From NCBI RefSeq assembly GCF_009914755.1, contig NC_060941.1: a stretch of 64,000 nucleotides of DNA, one strand, 5' to 3'. Below, piece by piece: positions 1 through 11,005 of the stretch. The stretch comes from the human T2T-CHM13v2.0 reference genome, Homo sapiens. The notes beneath the pieces are model-generated. The model did no database searches. It was not told the origin of the DNA and saw nothing but the letters and a program-made list of their open reading frames with translations. Numbering within the stretch: position 1 is the first letter of the stretch; each line of letters opens with the position of its first letter. The position numbers and the translations under genes were made by a program.

Positions 1-187
1 ACTGCAACCTCCGCCTCCTGGGTTCAAGTGATTCTCTTGCCTCAGTCTCCTGAGTGGCTGGGACTACAGGCCCGTGCCACCACGCCCGGCTAATTTTTGT
101 ATTTTTAGTAGAGATGGGGTTTCACCATGTTGGCCAGGATGGTCTTGATCTCTTGACCTCGTGATCTGCCCACCTTGGCCTCCCAAA
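1..187 (-). mobile_element. Alu (AluSc-like), runs off window start, 5'-truncated
   Basis: Antisense Alu sequence including GATCTCTTGACCTCGTGATC; stops at CCTCCCA and runs directly into an A-tract. Confidence 0.95.
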
Positions 188-191
188 AAAA

Positions 192-239
<48 letters not shown>
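185..239. repeat. A25(TA)15 compound microsatellite
   Basis: Direct read. Confidence 0.95.
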
Positions 240-241
<2 letters not shown>

Positions 242-1099
242 AAATTTCTTTACATGGTTTTAATGAAGTTAGCATAGGTTCTGTGTTTTCCCTGGCTGCT
301 GGGAGATTGGGACAGTGTCTTCTGTGGGAGAGGATATGAGATGATGGTGGGCTGTGCACAGTCCTGGGATGAGCCAGCCTTTCAGGACGGCCCTGATGGA
401 AGCTTCTGGCTAGGGTTTCTCACCCCACTCTGGGATCACTTCTGTTGCTACTGCTCAGAGCAGAGTAGGCTATGCTTCTTAAGGGACTGCACCTGCTGGG
501 CAAAAGTTCTTTCCCCCCCCCCCCAAGAAGGGTGCCCCCCGACACTGCCCACCAAACAGGGACAGGATTCCCTTTTTAGAGCACAAAGGATCTCTGACAA
601 CATGGCGTGGCCTGTACCCGTTTGAGGTTTACGCCACCAGCCTGGTCCCTAGAGGCAAACTCTGCTGGAATCTGGGGTGTTGTCCCCCTGCAGTGGTGTC
701 AGAGACGCAGTGGCCCTGGGTCTCCACCAGCAAGGAAGACTAACCCTCAGGAAAGGTTGTGCTTGATTGTGCCTTTTCAAATCAGCATTGTGTTTCATTA
801 AAATAACAGAAATACTGAATAAGCAGTGATCACCTATAGTCACTTACCGATGTTAGGAGGCAGCTAGGATTTCAGGAATGTCCCTCTTAGACACAGGCTG
901 GTGCTGCCTTGCTCTCTTATGAACTGCCTTTTCAGTTGAGCTCAGATCTGGTGGGAGAAAAAAACCATAATGAGCTTTTGAATTAGACCAAGCCTGACTT
1001 TTGGCCCTGGCTCTGTCCAGCTCTTGCAGAGGGACTCTGTGAAAAGGTGCATTAGACACTGCCAGCACATGGCAGGGACTTGTAGTAATCAGGAGTCCT

Positions 1100-1400
1100 T
1101 TTCTAAGTGACCAAAATCCCAAATTCAAATAAAGAAGAGGAAAATTCATTGGCTACAACAGCTTCAGGTATGGCTGGATCCAGGTGCTCCAACAATATGG
1201 TCAGGATCCAGTGTCTCTCTGTCTCTTGCTGGTCTCCTGTGTGTTCACATAATTCCCAGGTGAGCTGTTTTTCCATGGTGGAAGCTCCACACTTTTGTCT
1301 CACCAACTTTAAGACCACCTGAAAGCCAGCTATGCTTTCCCAACAGGCTGTTGGAGAGACTGGAGCCAATCACAGCACATGCTGAATGGAGGGCTCATAT
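1100..1400 (-). mobile_element. Old MaLR LTR fragment (MLT1J/K/L-like)
   Basis: GCTTCAGGTATGGCTGGATCCAGG motif typical of older MLT1 LTRs; boundaries approximate. Confidence 0.55.
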
Positions 1401-1519
1401 TCGGGCAGGCAGCTGAGGGGAAGGTACAGCAGACACTTTCTGGGCCCATGGCCTCTTACCCCTGTGAGTTCAGGTGTGGCTGTGTGGGTAGGTCCCATCT
1501 TTCCTCCTGTCTTCTGACT

Positions 1520-1955
1520 CAGGGCTTTTTCCATAGCTAAGGGCAGGGTAAGCTTGGGAGATACCATGCCCTGGGACAACCGTCTGCCAATGCGGGACAA
1601 TAGTCTGCGCCCATGGAGGGACAACTCAGAGGCAGATCCCACGGATTTTTCAGAGGGCTCCTGGTGGGTCTGAGCCCCTGTTGCCCGCACCGATCACCAG
1701 CCCAGTGTCATCCTCCCATTGACCACGCTGATCACCAGCCCAGTATCATCCTCACAATTGGCCACGCTGATCACCAGCCCAGTGGCATCCTCGCAATTGG
1801 CCACGCTGATCACCAGCCCAGTGACATCCTCACATTGGCTTTCTCCCCACCCGGATCTCACTGCCCTGCCCCTCACTCCAGCTTCCTGGAGTCACCTCCC
1901 ACCTACACTACCTGCACCCAAGGCCTTGTCTCAGGCTCTGTTTTGGGGGAACCCC
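1520..1955 (+). mobile_element. ERVL LTR (LTR16-like) containing a minisatellite
   Basis: 3' end ACTACCTGCACCCAAGGCCTTGTCTCAGGCTCTGTTTTGGGGGAACCC resembles the LTR16 terminus. Confidence 0.6.
1692..1839. repeat. 39-bp minisatellite, ~3.8 copies
   Basis: Unit TCACCAGCCCAGTGGCATCCTCGCAATTGGCCACGCTGA with few substitutions between copies. Confidence 0.95.
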
Positions 1956-2139
1956 GAAAGGCAGAGAGGTCAACCTCACCTGAAGCAGGTGAATTGAGAG
2001 GTATTAGGGCCTTGAGGACACCTGAGTTTGACCGGCCAGGCGTCTGACCTCCCTCAGCAGCAGGACCCTGTCTCAATTGTTGTCTCGTGAATCCTCCCAG
2101 TGTATAAAGAGTACAAGAAAGGGGTTGGTCCAGCCTCAC

Positions 2140-2315
2140 AAGCATTTACTGAGCACCTACTGTGTGCCAGGCTTACTCCCTCTTCACATGAACTCATCAT
2201 CACCCCATTCTACAGATGCAGGGAGTGAGGCCTAAAATCATCAGGAAGGATCTGAGGCCACACAGCTGGTAAATGGCAGAGTGGGGGCTGGAGTCCAGGG
2301 CCTCTCACTCCAGGT
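2140..2315 (-). mobile_element. MIR SINE
   Basis: CATTTACTGAGCACCTACTGTGTGCCAGGC...CCCATTCTACAGATG...CACACAGCTGGTAAATGGCAGAG. Confidence 0.8.
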
Positions 2316-3579
2316 GCGGGCTCCTGTCCTCGCCCCGCTGGCTGGTCTGAGGTGGCTCACTGAGCTGGGCGTAGCTTGAAGCCTCCCTTGGTCCCCTCCA
2401 GTCAAGACTGGATTTTCCCGCCAGCTCCCAGCCACTGTCCTTCCTCCCCAGGAACCTTCCGCTGTGTTTTTTGCAAAGTCAGGCTCTCCTAACTCTCTCT
2501 CACACCCCTTCCTGTTCAGGCTCCAACTTTCTCTGCCCAGAAGCCCTTGCTGGCATTGGTGCCTGTGCCAAGCTTGCTCAGTGGGAGGTGGGTTCACAGC
2601 CTCTCACCTCCTTCCCTGCTCGCTGTCCACAGGACTGTCCAAGTAAAGGTTCCCCTCAACACCACCCCTTCCCTCAACCCCGTCCCAGGTCACCACTCAG
2701 AATGACAGCGCTAACCCTTTCTACCCTGCTCAAATCCCAACCCTCACCTTCTGGGGCTGCCCCTGCCTGCCCAGATCACCTTCTTGCTGAGAAAATGGAA
2801 GCGTTAAACTCTCAATCCTCTTCAAAGCTCATTAGCCAGAGAAAGCTACACATCAAATTGATTTTAATTCTCCGGGTTCTGGCTAACGCAATGACTTCAG
2901 GCCACAGGCGGGGAGGGCAGGGTTATTTTTTTGAGGCTTGCTGGTGTCTCTCTGCCCTTTCCTTCTGGCTGGCTCATGATTCTTGCAATGTGACAAGCTC
3001 TGCGCAGTCCCAGGGCCAGGACGCAGGGCGAGCCTTGTGCTCTCCAGGGGCAGGATGGGGGCGGAGGGATGGAGGAGGTGCTGAGCCCACAGCAGTCTCC
3101 CTTCCCAGGGCCCTACCCAGAAGCTGTCCCGCCACTCATAAAGAGCCTGAAAGATGGAAAGGATCTCTCTCTTATTCTTGTAATATACTTTGCCCAGAAT
3201 TCATGATGAAATACATTTTCTCCAGAACGTTTTATGCAGTTAATGGTGTAAAATCAAACCGACTGTTGTCAGACCATTCTCAGTGCCTCCCCTAACCCCA
3301 GTATTTGTGCTGAAGATGGTGGGAACTCAATTTGCCCTTCCAGAATATCGCAGAGCCTGGCCCCAGCCTGAGCAATGGCAGCTCTCCAGGAGCCTGAGGT
3401 CTGAATCTGCCTGGTACAGCATCCTGGAGAGCACGTGCAGACACAGAAGTACTGTGTGCCCTGTGAAATAGTGGGCCAGGTAGGCATTCTGTCCCATCTG
3501 TCATGTGCTCCCTCTGTGTGGCTGCCCTGGAGGTTCTGAGGAGGCCTGCGGGGAGGCCCTAGGTTGTTCCAAACCACCT

Positions 3580-3589
3580 CTATAAATAG
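3580..3589. promoter_or_regulatory. MEF2 consensus site CTATAAATAG (candidate)
   Basis: Exact match to CTA(A/T)4TAG in unique sequence; function untested. Confidence 0.35.
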
Positions 3590-5192
3590 CCAGCTTCAGG
3601 AATTCACTGGGAGCCAGGCTGTTTTTATAGGCTTGTATCTTCGTTTTTCCAGTAATCCAGCTGAGTGCTTCTGGACCCGGGCCCCCACCAGGGAACTGAC
3701 AACCCCACATCTGCCACAGGCAGAAAACTTGTGGGGGTCAAGGGAAGCTCTTTCTCTGCCATTTAAGAAGGAATAGTGGGGGCCGGGGCTGCCAGGCCGC
3801 TTGGCTCACAACTTTTGGACTGTCTGGCATTGTGGCCAGCACGTGACTGTGGTTATTTGGGGCAAGCAGGGGTGCCCAAGTCCAAACACATCTCCTCCCA
3901 GGCCTGTCCCTCACTGACACATCTGGTAAGCATGCGACGGAGAGAACACTGTGTAACAGGAACCAACGCTGGGCTGTCCCAGGCATCCTTTATGGAGAAA
4001 AACTCTTTCTATGGGATCTGAATGCTTCTGCTCTTAAATAATCAGTGTGAATTTCTTCTAAGCAGCCAGTGACTAGCCAACAGTTCGAGTAGGGCAAAGT
4101 CAATGATGGACTGGATTTCATTTCTCATCAGTGGCATGAGGGGGGTGAACCAGGGGGTCTCCAGTCCCACTTAGACTCAATTCCATAACCTCAACCAAGC
4201 ACCTGAGCACGCCGGGCACCTGGGGAACCGAGGGACTTGGTACCAGGAGTGGGGCCCACAGGGCCCTGTGAGCGTGTGGTCAGGGGTGGGGAGAAGCCAC
4301 GGAGGTCGAGGCAGGGTTGTGCTCGCTCAGAGAACCAGATGGCCAAAAGTCCCAGGAAAGCTGGTCTCTATCCATGCTCAACACAGCTTTTCCTTGTGAA
4401 GGGAGAGGGAGGAAAGGGATTACCGGCGCCGGGGAGAAAGAGCCCAGAGCCCCGAGGGAGGTGTGGACAGAGCACTCATGAAGATGAGGAAGAGGAGCTT
4501 GAGCGCAGGGACAGTGCACAGCACAGTCTGCATCAGAGGAGATGTCTGGGGTCAGACAGAGACTGAGGGGCCTGCCCCTTGGGGCCCGGTGGCCAGGACT
4601 TGGTGCAAAAGCCCCCGCCCCCCACAGCCTCCCTGCTCCGAGCCCCTGGCCTTGTGCATCTCCTGCTCTCCTTCCTGAACTAGCGTTGACCTCACATCGC
4701 AGCTGCCCTTCCCTGGCTTCATTTATTCAGGAGAGATCTATGGACTACCGCCATGAGGCACGCTCACTCTCTGTTCAGACCTGACGGCGGATCCCGAGCC
4801 ACGGACCCTGGCGTTCTCCCCACAGATCAGCTCACCTTCACCCTTTTGATGTTGCCACTTCCAGCTGTTCCAGGGAGATGCCTCCTTGGTCTAGCCCAGC
4901 CCCAGGCACACTCTGAACGCAGACCTCAGGCAGCCACCCCAGACCCAGCAGAGGGGACACCAGCATGGGCAGCGCAAGTGGGCCTGACATCAGGAAAGCG
5001 ACCATCCCTGCCTGTCCCTCCAGGGCTAGAGTCATGACTGTATTTGGGTGTGATTCAGATTCATGTAACAGAGCACAAGTGACATTAAAGGGGAAGAAGA
5101 AGTAGATGAAGACATGGCTGAAAGCAGACATTAGCCAAATTCTTACTCTAAGGAGAAATGAGGGGTGAGAAGCCTTTTATCCCTGTTGCTGA

Positions 5193-5613
<421 letters not shown>

Positions 5614-5734
5614 TGGAACTCATTTTTAAATCATGCAACACAGGACTGATTCCCAAAACAGCATCCCTGTGCCTTTGCATGGCCACGTCCTCTTGAAGAA
5701 GACCTGTGGACTCCGAGTGGCCAAGGGTGTCCCT

Positions 5735-5945
5735 TTGGAGCCCAACAGATGGGGCTGAATTCCACTTCTGCTGGTTGCCCGCTGTGTGACCTTAGCCGAG
5801 TGTCTGGATCTGGGCCTTAGATCCCTCACCTGTTAAATGAGGCCAGAGCTGGCCACTTTTCAGGGCTGTTGATGAAATGAAGGAGATAAAAGATGCAAAG
5901 GAGCTCCGTTTGGTGCTGGGGACGTGCAAGCATCCAACAGGCGAC
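5735..5945 (+). mobile_element. MIR SINE
   Basis: GCTGTGTGACCTTAGCCGAGT...CCTCACCTGTTAAATGAGG core. Confidence 0.7.
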
Positions 5946-6279
5946 ATTTGCCATTCTTAGATAATCACTGTCATTAGAGTGCATGCATTCAAGAACCCAC
6001 AGACAAGAGGTGGAGGCTCCGCTGGGGCTGGGGCAAAAGATGCTTGCCCAGGACACCACAGATGTCCCTACCCTCACAAGTGACCAGTGGGAAGTGACGG
6101 AGAGGAGGTGTGTGGCAAAGCCCTAAGGGTGCCTGCAGCCCGGCCCTGCCAGAGTGCGGTACATTGCCCACTTTCGCAATGGCATCTTCAAGTGGGGGCC
6201 TCCTTGACACATGGGCAGTCCCCACTTCTGGTCGCCTCTCCCGCCTTTGACTAATGGCTGACCTGACATCTTTCAGCAA

Positions 6280-6600
6280 GTGACCTTGTTGCAGCTGGTA
6301 ATTCAAATATCTTTCAGTGTCAGAAATAATAAGCACCACCATGAGATGAACAAGCAGAGCTTAAGTTAAGCGCAGATTAATGGGGTTTTAATATTCCTAA
6401 TTTAATCACTCCTTTCTGTCACACTGTGGGCAACATGATGTAGCAGCTAATTATTTTTTTAAACCATGTTGGGGATCTTTCCTAATCAATTTTATATTTA
6501 ACATGAATGAAGGGAGGGCAGTGATTAATGGGAGAATAAATCTCAGCAAACAGGCACAAGCAGGCGATCAGTTAAAAATACGGCAGGATGACTTTGCCTT
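6280..6600. promoter_or_regulatory. Candidate conserved non-coding element / homeodomain enhancer
   Basis: Unique AT-rich block with TGATTAATGG (6522), AGATTAATGG (6374), CTGTCA (6416), TAATTTAATCA (6398). Confidence 0.5.
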
Positions 6601-6759
6601 CTCCTGTAGTAAATTCTTCAGGGATGGGATGGGGCACAATTTTAAGTCTCTTTCAATCTAAAAAGGGGAAATGAGTTGAAGATTTAAAAACCATTTTGGC
6701 TGAAAAGTCATGAACACACATTTTCATTGATGTAAAACAGTATAGACTAATCAGTGTGG

Positions 6760-6936
6760 TGACATTCCATACCTCTTACATTATATTCTAGCATTATGGC
6801 ATTTCATACCTGCTACAATGTATCCCAGTAAGTATGTGTTGTTTCATATCTGCTACAATGTATACCAGTAAGTATGTGGCATTTCATACCTGCTACAATG
6901 TATGCTAAAGAGTATTATGGCCTTCTATAGTTGCTA

Positions 6937-6973
<37 letters not shown>

Positions 6974-7310
6974 TGTAGACAAGTCTCTCTGTCGCCCAGG
7001 CTGGAGTACAGTGGCATGATCTCAGCTCGTGGCAACATCCGCCTCCCAGGTTCAAGTGATTCTGGTGCCTCAGCCTCCTTGAGTAGCTGGGACTACAGGC
7101 AGGCACCACCACGCCCCGCTAATTTTTGTATTTTTAGTAGAGACAGGGTTTCACCATGTTGGCTAGGCTGATCTCGAACTCCTGACCTCAAGTGATCCGC
7201 CTGCCTGAGCCTCCCAAAGTGCTGGGATTACAGGTGTGAGCCACCCTGCCCTGCCTAGTTGCTACATTGTATACTAGTAAGTATAGTGGCATTTCATAGC
7301 TGCTGCCATT
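6760..7310. repeat. Degenerate ~41-bp minisatellite interrupted by an Alu
   Basis: Unit GCATTTCATACCTGCTACAATGTATACCAGTAAGTATGTG, ~4 copies before and ~1 after the Alu. Confidence 0.85.
6941..7255 (-). mobile_element. Alu (AluS) with (TTA)n tail
   Basis: Full dimer; exact TSD TAGTTGCTACATT (6928-6940, 7256-7268). Confidence 0.97.
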
Positions 7311-7319
7311 TATAGGGAG

Positions 7320-7520
7320 CATGCTGAGGGGTGAAAGACACTGACTTTCATGTCAGGAAAACGTGTATATTCAAATGCTGGTGCTGCCCTTTATCATGTG
7401 ACCTTGGGCCTCAGTTTTCTTATCTTTTAAATAGGTGTAATGATGCCCCTGGGAGCATTGTGAGGGCTCAGTGTGTGGATGCACACAGCATAGTGCCTGG
7501 CATGTGCGTGCTGCCAAATC
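7320..7520 (+). mobile_element. MIR SINE
   Basis: TGTGACCTTGGGCCTCAGTTTTCTTATC...CACAGCATAGTGCCTGGCATG. Confidence 0.8.
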
Positions 7521-7550
7521 TAACTTTAATTCTCGCAACACTAGAAAGTG

Positions 7551-7940
7551 TGTCTTAGGCTGAGGTCCCCAGGAGCAGGCCCTGGGAGGAGGACCTGCAT
7601 GAAAGGGATTTGTTAGATGTGCCCTGGAAAGCTGCGCAATGGAACAGGGACTCAGAGAGACCAGGAGGAGGAGGCTACGCAGTGCAGGATCAGGCCAAGC
7701 ACAGGCAAATTTTGGAGATGATGATGATCATGCCCGAGAGATGTCCCAGTCAGGGACCCAGGAGCTAAGAACGTAAAACTCAGCCTGTCAGTCACGGGCA
7801 AGGGAGACATAAATTCCTATGTGTTTCCAGTCCTCCTGCCAAGTGGCTTCTAGCTTTCTGGGAACAATGCTCCCAACAAGAGACCCAGGCACCGTCTATG
7901 GAGTGAGGACAAAAACGGTGATACCAGCAGAGGTGGACAG
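7551..7940 (-). mobile_element. ERVL LTR fragment (LTR33/LTR16-like)
   Basis: Starts TGTCTTAGGCTGAGGTCCCCAGGAGCAGGCCCTG, the reverse complement of an ERVL LTR 3' end; far boundary uncertain. Confidence 0.5.
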
Positions 7941-8208
7941 TGCCTGCCCAGGAGGCTGGTCATTTGCTCCGGGTCACACAAAGAAGGCGTGAGCTGGCAT
8001 AGACCCCTGGTCAGGTCAGGAGGTGGCTGGGTAAGATGTGAACTTGCACCCAAGGAGCTATGGGTCCCCAAAGACCTGGAGTAGACTCCGCATTCTAATA
8101 TCCCAACCCATGGGGAAGCCCTTGGGGCAGACTGCAGGACCCCTCAGGACAAAGGCTCCCCACGTAAGCATTTCTCATAACAAGCAGAGTTGGGCATCTT
8201 TGCCATGT

Positions 8209-9700
8209 TTTCATTCATTCATCATTCATTCATTCATTCATTCATTCATTCATTCATTCATTCATATATTCACTTATTCATCCGTATTCATCCAACCTTT
8301 GTTTAGCAAGCGCCTCCTGCTGGCTGGGCACTGTTGTAGACATGAGGCATAACAGTCAAAAGAATTTTTAAAAATTAATTCCTTTTCTCACGGAGCTGAC
8401 ATTCTAGAGGGAAGGGATGAGCAACAAGAATGGCAAAACACAGAGACAGCACGCATCTTAGAAGGTGACGGTTTCCATGCAGAAAACAAAGCAGAAAGAG
8501 CGGAGAGCCGGGGCTGGAAGGAGTGCTCTGTCCAATGTGCTTCCAGCAGAGCCTCACCAAGGAGCTGTAAGCACAGACCTGAAGGGACCTCATTGAGTCT
8601 TGTAGCTTTGAATACCATGTAGATGCTGACAACTCCCAAACTGTTTATCTCCAGCATGTCCTCTCTTCAACTCCAGCTGGTAATTCAAATATCTTTGAAT
8701 TCAAGAGCATCTTCAAGAAGAGGTGTTCTTGAAAAAGACTATTCCACGCAGCAGGAATAGCAAGTGCACAGGCTAAGAGGTGGGAGCCCGCCTGGTCTGC
8801 GGGAAGATAGCAGGGAGCTGGCGCACCAGCCGCGGAGAGGTGAGCTCAGGCCAGAGCAGCCGAGGAGGATGCAGGCTTCGTGAACAGGCAAGTCTGGATG
8901 AGGCCTTGGCTTCCTCTCCAAGTGCATTAAGGCCGGAGAGTGACATCTGATTCGCATGTTAAAATGCTAGCTGTGATAGTACAGAACAGTCTATGGGGGC
9001 ATGGGGATGGGGGAGGTGCAAGGAGACTCGTAGGAGGTGAAAGGTGATGGTGGCTGCTCCAGAGTGTTGGAGATGGCAGAGGTGGGAGCGGCTGGACACT
9101 GGGCACTTTCCAAGGTGGAGTTGGCAGCATGTGCTGGCGGGTGGATGGGGGGTGCAAGAGTCTTGGAGGAGTCAAGGGCAAGTCCAGGCAGTTGGAGGGC
9201 GGGAGCTGCTGTCAACTGAGATGGGAAGATTCGGGATGTGGAGTAGTGGGAAGCTGAGTTTGGGTATATCAGGCTCATTCAACGTCTGTCTGAGTGAAGG
9301 GGCTGAGGACACAGTGGGATGTGTAAGTCTGGAATTCGGAGGAGAGACCATGCTGGAGATAGCCAATATAGGACTTGTGGGCATCTATGTGGTATTCAAA
9401 GCCACAAGACTCAATGAAGTCCCAGGGAGAGTGAAGGTGGATACAGAAAAAAGTCGTCCAAGCCTCGGGTGGCTCGTGGGGTCAGAGTGTGAGGAGACTA
9501 GGGCTCCAGCGAAGGAGACCGAGAAGGAGCAGCCAGGCGGGCAGGAGGAGATCCAGGCAAAGTGGGGTCCTGTGGGCTAAGGGAAGAGAATTCTCAAGGG
9601 AAAGGGAAGATGGGCAGCTGTATCCACACCGCAGAAGGACCAAGTCATATGACTACCGAGAACCAACCACTGGACATACCACGTGGAGGCCACTGGTGAT
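8209..9700 (-). mobile_element. L2 LINE 3' portion with (CATT)n tail
   Basis: (CATT)n followed by L2 3'-end and body motifs such as GCTGGAGAT...GGTATTCAAAGCC; resumes at 10455 after an L1 insertion. Confidence 0.85.
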
Positions 9701-10454
9701 CTTTTCTTTTAACTATCAAATACACATAACATAAAACTTACCATAGTAACCATTTTTAAACGCACATTTCCATGGCCGTAAGCACCTTCCTAATGCCGTG
9801 AGATCATCAGCACTGTTGTGTTCCAGAACATTTTCCTTCCTCCAAAGGGGGCTCCACACCTGTCAGCAGTCACTCCCCGTCTCCCCGCCTTCAGCCCCCG
9901 GCAACCCCTCATCTGCCTTCTGCCTCTAGGGGTTTGCCTAATCTGAGTGTTTCATATCCGTGGAATCACACAATGTAGTGTTTTGTGCCTGGCTCCTTTC
10001 ACCCAGCGTCGTGTCTTCCAGGTTCATGCACGTTGTAGCACATGTTGGTACTTCACTTCTTTTTGTTCTACATTTGAATTTAATTGTTAAAAAAAATTGA
10101 CAAAATTTTATAGATATATATTTATGCTGTACAATGTGGTTTTGAAATATGTATGCATAGTGCAGTGACTACATTGAACAAATTAACACATGAATTACCT
10201 CATAAACTATCATTTTTCTGTGGTAAGAACACTTACAATCTACTCTTTTGGCGATTTTGTTTCTTTTTAAGGCGAATGGCATTCCACTGTATGGATAGAC
10301 CACACTGCATTCACCCATCCATCTGTTGACGGCCGTTGGGCTGTTTCTAGCTTTGTGCTGCTGTGAGTAATGATGCTATGAACATGTGTGGCCGTGTCTC
10401 CTTTCGAGTCTCTGTTTTCAGTTCTTTGGGGGTGATCCCTAGGCATGGCATTTC
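9701..10454 (-). mobile_element. L1MB-like 3' fragment with a nested L1MA-like piece (~10070-10260)
   Basis: ACATAACATAAAACTTACCAT, TTCCAGAACATTTTC, CCCATCCATCTGTTGACGG; flanked by CTGGTGA repeats in the host L2. Confidence 0.85.
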
Positions 10455-10720
10455 TGGTGACCTGCACAACGGGAGCTTCCATGGGGTGATGGGGTCCATG
10501 CCCAGGCTGGATGCTGGGAGAGAATGAGAGGAGAGGAATGGAGATGGCAAGGGTGCACAGCTCTTTTGAGAAGTTTTGCTGCCAAGGAAAGGGGAGATGT
10601 GGAGTGATTGCTCGAGGGAAAAACAGGGCAAAAGGGTTTAGTTTGGTTTTTGGGGACAGGAGAAGTGGCATGTGCTGTCATGCTGGTGAGAATTGTCCCA
10701 CAGTGAGGGAATCACCCATG
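10455..10720 (-). mobile_element. L2 continuation
   Basis: GAGAGAATGAGAGGAGAGGAATGGAGATGGCAAG...CTCTTTTGAGAAGTTTTGCTG. Confidence 0.75.
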
Positions 10721-10724
10721 GCAG

Positions 10725-11005
10725 ATGGAATGGGAGGGAGGGAGATCAGACAGTGACCCCACGGGTGGAACGGGAGGGAGAGAGATCAGATATTGGCCCC
10801 ACGGGTGGAACGGGAGGGAGGGAGATCAGACACTGGCCCCACGGGTGGAACGGGAGCGAGGGAGATCAGACAGTGACCCCACGGGTGGAACGGGAGGGAG
10901 AGAGATCAGACACTGGCCCCACGGGTGGAACGGGAGGGAGGGAGATCAGACATTGGCCCCACGAGTGGAACGGGAGGTAGGGAGATCAGACATTGGCCCC
11001 ACGGG
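10725..11005. repeat. 40-bp G-rich minisatellite, ~7 copies
   Basis: Unit GGAGATCAGACACTGGCCCCACGGGTGGAACGGGAGGGAG at exact 40-bp spacing from 10741. Confidence 0.97.

Noticed and set aside
2471-3295. Longest ORF (274 aa)
   Set aside because: Non-ATG start, no recognisable domain, no convincing splice structure; consistent with chance in GC-rich DNA
10725-11005. Regular repeats here and at 48548-48899 superficially like CRISPR arrays
   Set aside because: Head-to-tail units with no unique spacers, eukaryotic context, no cas genes
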